Shown one piece after another: positions 54,066 to 64,000 of a stretch of 64,000 nt of DNA (the first letter of the stretch is position 1; the number at the start of each line of letters is the position of its first letter). Both the position numbers and the translations under genes were made by a program. The notes under the pieces were generated by a model. That model did not search any database, was not told the origin of the DNA, and saw nothing but the letters and a program-made list of their open reading frames with translations. The DNA comes from Octopus vulgaris (lineage: Eukaryota): contig OX597825.1 of assembly GCA_951406725.2 (NCBI GenBank), forward strand, positions 63,240,001 to 63,304,000, written 5' to 3'.

Positions 54066-55098
54066 CTGTAATATATGTAAATGCACTTTTGGATTTTTCA
54101 ATCTCAGTAATACAATAAAATTAATAAAGAAAAGGAAAAAGAAAAGAATTTTGTCATATATTGTCACGATTTCTCTATATTACTTAAATTTTGAAAAATG
54201 TATAAATATTATTTGAGAAATGAAATTTAAGTGGGTATTGCTTTGTTCTGTTCCATAACATAAATCATTTGAACTATGCTTTTGTAGTTTTTTAATTAGA
54301 GAACAAAACGATATCATTATCATCACCATTATAATCCTCATTGTTGCTGCTACCTCCAATGCCACCATCAGCAACACCATCATCACACCTGTCACCCCCA
54401 CATCCATCGTCACCATCACCACCACAATCATCATCATCTTCCTTATTACCAATGTCCTCCTCATCATCATCTACCCACTCCATCAATACTATTATCATCA
54501 GTTTCATTGTCAACTTTTCCATCTTTGATTTTTTTTTGGGGGTGAGGTAGAATTTTCTATGGCCAGATGCTCTTCATCTCATCCCATTAGCTTCCACCTA
54601 TTTCCAAGTAAGATAATAATTCTTCCAATCTGTTGAAGAACAAAGAATTCCAGATATGTTTCCACTGAGAAATAACATTGTTTTTAGCAAAGATGACACT
54701 CTGTTCATAATGAACCTGAGCAAGCCACACCACAGGATGAAATTTAGAAATGCTTTCAGGAAAAATTGATAACAAATGACATCATAGTTTTGAGCGGTAT
54801 CTGAGATATCAGAAAGGAGGACATTAAAAAAAAAATTGTAAAAAAAGAAGGAAGGAAATAAGTGGGAAATATGAGAAGGAAATAAAGAAGGAATAGAAAT
54901 AAGAGAATGAGATTAAGAAAGAAACAAGGAAATATAGGAAGAAAAGAAGGATTTAAAAATTGAAAGAAGGAGAGATATTTTAATGAATAAGAAAGTAATA
55001 GATTAAAAGGACAGCAAAGAAGAAGAAGAAAAGAGTGAATGACAAAACAAAAGACAGTAAAAAAACAGAAATAGAAAATTAAAAGAAAAAAAATCACA

Positions 55099-55505
55099 GG
55101 CGCAGGAGTGGCTGTGTGGTAAGTAGCTTGCTTACCAACCACATGGTTCCGGGTTCAGTCACACTGTGTGGCATCTTGGGCAAGTGTCTTCTACTATAGC
55201 CTTGGGCCGACCAATGCCTTGTGAGTGGATTTGGTAGACGGAAACTGAAAGAAGCCTGTCGTATATATGTATATATATATATATATATGCATGTGTGTAT
55301 GTTTGTGTGTCTGTGTTTTTGCCCCCCCAACATCTCTTGACAACTGATGCTGGTGTGTTTACATCCCCGTCACTTAGCGGCTCGGCAAAAAGAGACCAAT
55401 AGAATAAGTACTGGGCTTACAAAGAATAAGTCCCAGGGTCGATTTGCTCGACTAAAGGCGGTGCTCCAGCATGGCCACAGTCAAATGACTGAAACAAGTA
55501 AAAGA
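55099..55505 (+). mobile_element. SINE-A full length
   Basis: ggcgcaggagtggctgtgtgg...gaaacaagtaaaag. Confidence 0.92.
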
Positions 55506-55684
55506 AAAAAAAAGAAAAAAAAGAAGTATGAATGAAAATGATTTATAAAGAAATATGGAAAGCAAGAGACAAAGAAACGGAAAAGAAAGAATAAGAAAGA
55601 GAAAAAGATTAAAAGGACAGAATTTGACATAAGTGTTAATTATATCTTAATAACTTCTTATGAGTATAAATATAAATCATTTCT

Positions 55685-56133
55685 AGAGCAGTGAACTGGC
55701 AGAATCATTAGCATGCCGGACGAAATGCGTAGCCGTGTTTCGTCTGCCGTTACATTCTGAGTTCAAATTCCGCCGAGGTCGACTTTACCTTTCATCCTTT
55801 CGGGATCGATTAAATAGGTACCAGTTGCACACTGGGGTCGATATGATCGACTTAATCCGTTCGTCTGTCCTTGTTTGTCCCCTCTGTGTTTAGTCCCTTG
55901 TGGGCAATAAAGAAATAAGAATCGTTAGCAAGCCGGGGGAAATGTTTAGTGATATCTCGTCCGAGGTTACGTTCTGAGTTCAAATTCCTCCGAGGTCAAC
56001 TTTGCCTTTCATTCGATAAAATAAGTACCAGTTATGTACTGCAGTCGATGTAATCACCTTAATCCCTTTGTTTGTCCTTGTTAGTCCCCTCTATATTTAT
56101 TCCCTCCCACTGCCCTTTGGCCAATAAAGAAAC
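55685..56133 (+). mobile_element. SINE-B dimer
   Basis: Second unit starts at gaatcgttagc; single TSD aaatataaatc(a/t)tttct at 55668-55684 and 56134-56150. Confidence 0.9.
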
Positions 56134-56313
56134 AAATATAAATCTTTTCTTTCATTGGCACAATGTAGTTGACCTTGACAAAACTGAAAATCAGAATGTA
56201 ATGTGTTCTACCTCAACAACACCATGCACAGTGCCAGCAATTTTAAAGGATGGGCTTAGATCAGAAACTAATATGAAGGGTAGTGAGGGAGCAGAATCTT
56301 TAGAGTGTCAAGG

Positions 56314-56317
<4 letters not shown>

Positions 56318-56344
<27 letters not shown>

Positions 56345-56515
56345 GTTTAACGTCCGTTCTCCATGCTAGCATGGGTTGGACGGTTCGACCGGGGATCTGG
56401 GAAGCCAGGAGGCTGCACCAGGCTCCGGTCTTATGTGGCAATGTTTCTACAGCTGGATGCCCTTCCTAACGCCAACCACTCCGTGAGTGTAGTGGGTGCT
56501 TTTTACGTGCCACCT
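56318..56515 (-). mobile_element. Family D RTE 3'UTR, young copy
   Basis: (CAT)n cgtttaacgtccgttctccatgctagcatgggttggacgg...ggatgcccttcctaacgccaaccac. Confidence 0.9.
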
Positions 56516-56621
56516 ATCATATGGTATTTGTTCTAGTACTTTACAAGCATTTTGACCAGTGTGTTAACAATTCTGCCAGCTCCCTGCCTTCCCAATAAAA
56601 ATAATAATATGGAAATAACGA

Positions 56622-56837
56622 AGGATGGCAGCTGGCAGAAATATTAGCATGCTGTGCAAAATGCTTTGCAGTATTTCGTCTATCTTTACATTCTGAGTTC
56701 AATTTCCGCCGAGGTCAAATTTGCCTTTCATCCTTCCGGGGTTGATAAATTAAGTACCAGTTGTGTACTGTGGTCGATCTAATTAACTGGGTTCCTCCCC
56801 CAAAATTTCAGGCCTTGTGCCTAGAGTAGAAAAGAAT
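56622..56837 (+). mobile_element. SINE-B (alternative tail)
   Basis: B consensus ending ggccttgtgcctagagtagaaaagaat. Confidence 0.88.
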
Positions 56838-57701
56838 ATGGGAATAATGATTGAGAGAGTTCCAAAAACAGATAACACACCTAGAATGTCATGCCAGAGA
56901 AAATGGTAACAGAAATAAATTCTAATTGTGAATGGAATAACTAAACGAATAAATAAATCATCAGAGAATCTTGAGTAGAAAGTAATATTCGAAAAAATTG
57001 ACTAAAATATATTTTATTGCTGTTTTTATCTGCAGCTTTGTTTTCATGATTAAGGATGTTTATTGGAAAATAATAAGGGAAAAAATGTTAACAAAGACCA
57101 ACTTATTGGAAGCTATATGACCCTTCATATGGTCCAGTTTTAGAAAGCATCAAACTAATATGAAATTAAAGAATAGTTGTCAATAAAGTTTCAATCATAA
57201 ATTTTGTTTTTGATACACAAATGGGAAATTACAGTTGCACCATTTTCTTGTATTTCATTCTTATTTTTATTATTATATATTATTTTATTTTATTTTATTT
57301 TATTATTTATTTCTCTTTCTTTCTATCTCTTCATCTCTTCTTTCTGTTTCTATTTATTAATTTCAAGTGTGGCATGGCAGTATTAAATCAAGCTGCCAAC
57401 AGAAATATTGTGTAGTGGAATGAATAGAAGTGGTTTTATATAGACAACAGAAAAACACAAAAAAAAAACAAAAACAAGATAAAAAACTACAACAACAAAA
57501 CACAAACATAGAAAAAAATAAATACAATAAAGAAATAAAGTTGTGCAATAATTGCACTTATAGAGTGAGGTTTATTGAAGTAAAAATAATATGAATCGAT
57601 GCATTTAATTAACAAGGCTACTCTCATCTATAAACAACATACAAATGTGTAGTATATTGCTATTGCACTCAATATAGAATATACATACGTACATAAATAC
57701 A

Positions 57702-57741
<40 letters not shown>

Positions 57742-57848
57742 GCACATATATATATAAATAATATATATATGCAACTATATATATATATAAGATAAACTTG
57801 GGAATAAATGTGTGGTGCTCAATCAAATAATATAAATATTATATATAC

Positions 57849-57885
<37 letters not shown>

Positions 57886-58055
57886 TTATTTGTATTATTT
57901 GATTGAACGCCACACATCTATTTCCAAGTAAGTTTAACCTATATATATATATGTAGATAGATAGATAGATAGATAGATAGATATGTATGTATCATTATGT
58001 ATATATATATATATAGATACTTATGTGCAAGTGTATATATGCAGATGTTTATGGA

Positions 58056-58086
<31 letters not shown>

Positions 58087-58519
58087 GCATGTACTTGATT
58101 AAGTCCAAGACAAGGTCATTTGAAAAACAAATGTAGGGTTAATGACTTAACGTACGAAGCCAAGGAAAGCAAATACTTTAATCAATTAAAATCATAGCTC
58201 TAGTGAATAGAAATGTCCTTAACATTCATGATAATTTTTATCAAGAAAGACAAGTTTGATAACTCTGCAACGAATATTGAATACATTTTCTATGAGAGAA
58301 TGTAGCAGGGAGTGAATCTGATCATTGGCAAACACTTTCACCACTTAAAATGTATCAAGCCTTACTAGGTCTCGTTTGAAATAACTCAAACATTCATACT
58401 CAATAGATCTTGAAGAGACAGAGAGAACCTTTAGATTTTGAGTGTTCAAAATTCTTTGTCAGCTTTACCTCATATCTGAGTATTTATTTTCTTCTTTGCA
58501 GAACCCTTCTTTTATGGTG

Positions 58520-58870
58520 ATACTGGTGATGACTCTGAAGAACAATTCTTGCATAGAAGAGTAGATGGCATTGACTGCATGGCATTGTTGGTGGAACACG
58601 AGGTTCATTTTGTCAAGCCTTTCTCTCCTGTCTCTTGTTTACTTCTTTTTCTCTTTCGGTGGCTTCGAAGATTTTGGTTCCGATGGTGATGGAATGCTGC
58701 CACTTGGTGGGGTCAAGGGTTTCTATTTCAAACAATTTGGGCTCAATTCCAATGGCTTTGAGACTTACTTTGAGTTGGTCTTTGTATCTTCAGAGAGGAC
58801 AACCTCATGGTCCTCTCTCCTAAGTGAGCTCACTGAATAAGACTGGGAGTGGGAACCTTGACTCTTCCAT
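58520..58870 (-). mobile_element. Decayed RTE-clade LINE ORF C-terminus
   Basis: MEESRFPLPVLFSELT*...GCPL*RYKDQLKVSLKAIGIEPKLFE..TLDPTKW..SITIGTKIFE...KRQERKA; related to 32831-33430. Confidence 0.85.
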
Positions 58871-58871
58871 T

Positions 58872-59108
58872 CTTATTTCTTTACTGCCCACAAAGGGCTA
58901 CACACAGAGGGGGGACAAACAAGGAGAGGCAAACGGATCAAGTCGATTATATCGACCCCAGTGCGTAACTGGTACTTATTTAATCGACCCTGAAAGGATG
59001 AAAGGCAAAGTCGAGCTCAGCGGAATTTGAACTTAGAATGTAACGGCAGACGAAATACCGCTAACCATTTCGCCTGGCGTGCTAACGAAACTGCCAACCA
59101 GCCGCCTT
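58872..59108 (-). mobile_element. SINE-B
   Basis: Reverse complement of the B consensus. Confidence 0.9.
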
Positions 59109-59646
59109 ACCCATATATATCATAATAAGCGATGGGAAATGCTACGAAGAATTCGTAAGAAGCTAAATAAGATAATCATATGGTATGACATGATAAGTTT
59201 TAAGGGGTAATGTCAGTAGACTCTACACTGCAAACAGAATTGTCTTGTGAATTTAGGAAAGCTGTCTGTAACGTTCAAATTACGATTAAGGTAGTATAAA
59301 GACGAAGGTAATCAAAAGCAGAAGATAACCCTCTGGGAGCGCTACATGTACACCAAGAAATATAGGGACTAAAAATAATTGGAACACATGTTAAATTCAA
59401 TAGCGGTTGTCCTCCAATAGCTTTCTGAACAGCTTCCATGCGTCTAGTTATTGATTCATACATTTTCCTGACTTCATTGAGAGGAATCTTAAGCCTTTCT
59501 TCCTGCAAAACCTGCTCCGGCTGTTGCAGGTATGACGGTGGAGGGTAACGACTTTTAACTTGTTGCTCCAAGATGCACCACAAATGCTCAAGAATATTAA
59601 GATCTGGAGATTGAGGGGCCACTCCATATGTTGTAGCTCATTTCTA

Positions 59647-59845
59647 GCCGTTCAAGAATTTGGACCTGGAGGTCTCAATTTCCAGCGACTTTGAGGGCCA
59701 CCTCCCAGTGCTGTAGGGCGTCAACGAAGAGCCCTCGACTACAAGACGACCAAAGTTTTTTTTTCGAAGGTCTGGGATCTCCCGTCCCTAGGCCCTAGAC
59801 CATCACCTAATCACCCTTATCCGTCTTGTTGCTTAACAGCAACAA
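59647..59845 (+). mobile_element. 199-bp unclassified retro-insertion in the Tc1
   Basis: TSD catttcta at 59639-59646 and 59846-59853; ends aacagcaacaa; removing it restores the Tc1 frame YEEHRNELQHMEW. Confidence 0.8.
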
Positions 59846-60751
59846 CATTTCTATGCTCTTCATACCAATTCCTAACCACACGAGAGGTATGTATTGGAGC
59901 ATTGTCATCTTGGAAGCTGCACTCACCATCAAGAAATAATGTCTGGACCATGAGAAGGGCTTGGTTTCCCAAAATATATTGTTGTTGATCCTACCATGCA
60001 GGGCAACGATTAGACCAAAAGAATTCCAAGAAATGGCTTCCCAAACCATCACAGTAGGAAGAAGGCAATCAAGATTAAAAGCTTCCCCGGGATATCTCCA
60101 CACATAAACTCGCCCTGCAGTGGGTAAAAGAGAAAATTTGGATTTGCTGGAGTATATTACTTGCCTCAATTGGTCTGTCGAACAGCTCTTGTGATCTCTG
60201 CACCAGTTCAACCTTTTCTGAATGTTTTGATGAGAAAGCAGAGGTTTTTGGTAGCGGCTCTTCTAAGATATCCGGCTTTATTGAGCTCACGGTGAACAGT
60301 TTTGGTCGAAACTGGGCAAGTCAGATTTGATTAAACTCTGCAGTTACTTTAGGGGCGGTTGTCCTGTGATTTGTCATCACAATGCGATTCAATACTTGTC
60401 GGTCTCTTTCAGTGAACTTCGAAGTCTTGCCGGACTTACTCCACCTGGTGGAGGTTTTGCCCTGCTTCTCAAATTCAGTCATGGTCCTTGATATGGTAGC
60501 TCTCGAAGAATCAAGGAGTTCAGCTGTTCTGGTGACGGAAGCGCCTGACGGAAGCTTCAACAATTTTTACTTTTCCGAACTCTGTGAGGTCACGCATCTT
60601 AGCTTGATTTATACTACGATCTGAGAAAGAGATGGAAATAATCATTATATTAGATAAAAAAAACCCATCTACAATACAAAATTAAACACTCACAAGAAAC
60701 TTGGAAGGATATTCGTAATATAATGTCTCATGGAAATAACGAAGTTAAATT

Positions 60752-60976
60752 TCTTATTTTTTATTGCCCACAAGGGGTTAAACATAGAGGGGACAAACAA
60801 GGTCAGACAAAAGGATTAAGTCGATTACATCGACCCCAGGTACTTAATTTATCGACCCAGAAAGGATGAAAAGCAAAGTCGACCTCAGCGGAATTTGAAC
60901 TCAGAACGTAACGGCCGACGAAATACCGCTAAGCATTTCGCCCGGCGTGCTAACGATTCTGCCAACTCGCCGCCTT
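60752..60976 (-). mobile_element. SINE-B inside the Tc1 5' region
   Basis: Reverse complement of the B consensus; flanking agttaaattt duplication. Confidence 0.9.
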
Positions 60977-61336
60977 AATGGAGTTAAATTTTTACTTTTC
61001 CAATGATTTTGTCCAACGCCTTATAAAATTGTGTGTTGAACAAATCCTAGGATTAATTATAAAATGAGGAACGTAGTTTACTATTTAAAATCTATGGAAG
61101 GAAGCGAATGTAGGAATTTGACATATACATTGCAGAGACTCCCAGAAATTTAGTGGAGAGAAAAGAAGCCCATAGGAATGAATACTGTGATAAGAAACCC
61201 AATGATTTGTATGAGGCATCTTTACAATAAATACATGAGACTACATGAATAAACAAATGAAAACCTTCCCTTAAAAATAAATACTGCTAAAATGTAGAGA
61301 CCACAAAACAAACGCTACCACGCTGGTGTGATAATC

Positions 61337-61788
61337 TATTTCTTTACTACCCACAAGGGGCTAAACACAGAGAGAACAAACAAGGAGAGACAAACGGATT
61401 AAGTCGATTATATCAACCCCAGTGCATAACTGGCAGAAACGTTAGCACGCCGGGCGAAATGCTTACCGGTATTTCGCTTGTCGTTACGTTGTGAGTTCAA
61501 ATTCCGCTGAGGTTGACTTTGCCTTTCATCCTTTCGGGGTCGATAAATTAAGTACCAGTTACGCACTGGGGTCGATGTAATCGACTTAATACCTATGTCT
61601 GTCCTTGTTTGTCCCCTCTATGTTTAGCCCTTGTGGGTAATAAAGAAATAGGTACTTATTTAATCGACCCCGAAAGGATGAAAGGCAAAGTCGACCTCGG
61701 CGGAATTTGAACTCAGAACGGAGCGGCAGGCGAAATACAGCTAAGCATTTCGCCCGACGTGCTAACGATTCTGCCAGCTCGCCGCCTT
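61337..61788 (-). mobile_element. SINE-B containing an inverted SINE-B (about 61430-61650, plus strand)
   Basis: Outer TSD gctggtgtg(a/t)taatc at 61322-61336 and 61789-61803. Confidence 0.9.
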
Positions 61789-62189
61789 GCTGGTGTGTTA
61801 ATCAAACAACAGTTGTGCACATGCGTGCGTGGGCGAAATGGAGTTAGACAGGCCTCAAACTTCATATTTCTTTGAGTTATTGAATTAAAATGCGAAATAT
61901 CATTAAATTGTAATTCGATCGGTACTTTCCCCATAAAAGAATAACGCAAGTGGACAATATACGCTCACGCACGCATATACCGACACCACACAGACAGACA
62001 AATACACAAGTCCAGAAGGTAAACATACAAAGAAACAAAAGCGTTACCATTCAAACGCATACGTATACACACACATACGTATACCAGAGCGCACCCACGC
62101 CTGAACACACGCACTCACAAGCTTTTTCTTTTCTCTCTCTTCCTCACCCTGTCCCGTGCATTCTCGCCCATATCTATACAGCTACCATA

Positions 62190-62400
62190 TAGAAGCTAAA
62201 ACGAAGAGACAGACTTGAAGCTGGCTTTGAAATGGGAGGGCATGACCGCAAAGAGCGCACAATGGCGACGAAAGGACTTTGATAAACAAAACTGATTGTT
62301 TGATTAACCTAATCAAACAATCGATTGTTTAATTGGTCAAATAGTTAACCAAATGACGAATAATGAAAAACTGGAAAAAAAGGACGAGTGCGTGGGTTTA
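62190..62400. promoter_or_regulatory. Candidate promoter or unmethylated regulatory segment
   Basis: Non-repetitive, CpG-retaining; YY1-like aatggcg near 62261; attgg (CCAAT on minus) near 62332; overlapping palindromes 62294-62330. Confidence 0.3.
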
Positions 62401-62446
62401 TTATTTGTATAAATATCCTTCCGAGATACAATGTGTGTGTTTATGC

Positions 62447-62478
<32 letters not shown>

Positions 62479-62499
62479 GTGTGTGCGCGCGTCTATTTA

Positions 62500-62679
62500 T
62501 CTTTTACTTGCTTTAGTCATTAGACTGCGGCTATGCTGGGGCATCACCTTCAATATGTAGTCGAATAAATCGACCCCAGGACTAATTTTTTATCGGTTCT
62601 TTTGCCGAACCACTAAGTTACGGTGACGTAAACACACCAACACCGGTTGTCAAGTGGTGGTGTGGTGTGAGGGACAAAT
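62500..62679 (-). mobile_element. SINE-A 3' fragment
   Basis: Reverse complement of the A tail. Confidence 0.8.
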
Positions 62680-62699
62680 ATACCAGGAAACTTATATAT

Positions 62700-62910
62700 A
62701 TACCATTCTACTTAAATAATGGAACTGCAGATACAATATTCCTGCATATCTAATGTCTGTTTTCATTCCTCCACTCTCTATTTCATATCTTCTCTAGAAT
62801 AACTATTGCTTAACCATCTTCTCACACCGTCTCCGATGAAGACATTCTCATTATAAATGTCCTGAAATCTTTCACAGCCTTGGATTTTTATCTCATTCTG
62901 TTAATGTTTA
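62700..62910 (+). mobile_element. Probable Penelope-like fragment with a truncated hammerhead-like motif
   Basis: ccgatga-agacatt(ctcattata)aatgtcct-gaaa, no stem III or I; bounded by (TA)n on both sides. Confidence 0.4.
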
Positions 62911-63053
62911 TATATATATATATGCATGCTGATTTATGACCTACGTTGGACTGCTCTTTCGTATAATCACCAGACCTGGAATTAACTATAGTCTATCCAT
63001 AGTACTTACTCAGCATTACCTGACACCTTTGGGTCTTCTTGACACCATTACCT

Positions 63054-63451
63054 CTTGCTAACCAACCACATGGTTCCGGGTTCAGTCCCACTGCGTGGCA
63101 CATTGGGCAAGTGTCTCCTGCTATAGCCCCGGGCCGACCAATGCCTTGTGAGTGGATTTGGTAGACGGAAACTGAAAGAAGCCTGTCGTATATATCTATA
63201 TATATATGTATGTATGTGTGTGTGTGTGTTTGTGTGTCTGTATTTGTCCCCCTAGCATTGCTTGACAACCGATGCTGGTGTGTTTATGTCCCCGTTACTT
63301 AGCGGCTCGGCAAAAGATACCGATAGAATAAGCAGGCTTACAAAGAATAAGTCCCGGGATCGAGTTGCTCGATTAAAAAGGCGGTGCTCCAGCATGGCCG
63401 CAGTCAAATGACTGAAACAAGTAAAAGAGAGAAAGAATAAAAGAGTAAAAG
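63054..63451 (+). mobile_element. SINE-A, 5'-truncated, young
   Basis: A consensus from cttgctaaccaaccacatgg to the tail. Confidence 0.9.
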
Positions 63452-63635
63452 ATATATATATATATATATATATATATCTGCATGAGTGCGTATGTGTATG
63501 TGCAAAAACTGTACCCAGAGTATTTACTCGTATGTATGTATGTATGTATGTATGTATGTATGTATATAAATCTCTGTTGATTCATTAGAAGCGACATTTT
63601 ACAGGACTCAGTACAAATGTAGACTGTTCTTTAAT

Positions 63636-63943
63636 ACATTATAATTGAAAGGCTCTGATTTCCATTCTTCAGAGTAGCTTGTCTCCGATCCTCAACTGGT
63701 AAACCGAGACTGGTCTTATTTTGAATATCCACTGTCTGAATATATTTTAAAACACGGACTGAAATCTTGAAGGAAAAGTTCTTCATTATGTTCTTTCTTG
63801 TCGTTCTCAAAAGATTTTAAATGAAAGAACATAAGGTTTCCTTCAAACTTTCATTTCAGTTTTCAAACTATTTTCAGACAGTGAATATTCAAAATAAAGT
63901 GAGACTCGGAGTACTGGAAGTAGAGGCTTTCCAATTATAATGT
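63636..63943. repeat. ~308-bp imperfect foldback
   Basis: Paired blocks acattataattg/caattataatgt, ttattttgaatat(c)cactgtctgaa/ttcagacagtg(a)atattcaaaataa, ttgaaggaaa/tttccttcaa, ttatgttctttc/gaaagaacataa. Confidence 0.9.
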
Positions 63944-64000
63944 GCATGCGCGCGCGTGCGTGTAAACACAGTATATGTTTTTAAGTGCTACTGTTAGTTT

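Larger units (their letters stand above)
59360..61025 (-). mobile_element. Decayed Tc1 (DD34E) transposon with two nested insertions
   Basis: Pseudo-ORF from 60597: GASVTRTAELL..SRATISR...NHRTTAPKVTAE...GRVYVWR...FQDDNAPIH...PQSPDLNILEHLW...IEAV-like end; degenerate TIR-like ends aaaataattggaacac vs aaaatcattggaaaag. Confidence 0.88.

Noticed and set aside
55099-55175. tRNA-like sequences at the heads of families A, B, C and F
   Set aside because: A and B boxes are present but there is no complete cloverleaf and they continue into SINE bodies; not tRNA genes.
58502-58690. Plus-strand exon-like reading EPFFYGDTGDDSEEQFLHRRVDG after a good acceptor
   Set aside because: The segment is better explained as the antisense of a decayed RTE ORF; exonisation is not excluded but is unsupported.
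59690-59740. Possible HDV-like ribozyme (gagggc cac ctccca gtg...cgaa gagccctc)
   Set aside because: No proper P1 helix with the required first pair, and L3/P4 do not fit; only a generic stem is supported.

Overview
AT-rich, microsatellite- and repeat-dense eukaryotic DNA. The SINE/RTE/Penelope repertoire resembles coleoid cephalopod (Octopus-like) genomes; this is an inference from recall, not a database check. I found no intact host protein-coding gene; nearly all listed ORFs are SINE- or microsatellite-derived artefacts. The window holds dozens of copies of four tRNA-headed SINE families (here called A, B, C, F), 3' ends of RTE-clade LINEs, decayed mariner, maT and Tc1 transposases, TTAA-flanked piggyBac-type MITEs, a Tc1/mariner-type MITE and Penelope-like remnants. 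Highlights are a canonical minimal type I hammerhead ribozyme (53445-53497, minus), two long foldbacks (51830-51952 and 63636-63943), recurrent self-nesting of SINE-B at fixed internal sites, a ~0.5 kb local duplication (19.7 kb vs 44.6 kb) and a shift to CpG retention beyond ~59 kb with a promoter-like segment near 62.3 kb. Repeat boundaries were read by eye and are approximate unless a TSD or TIR is quoted.
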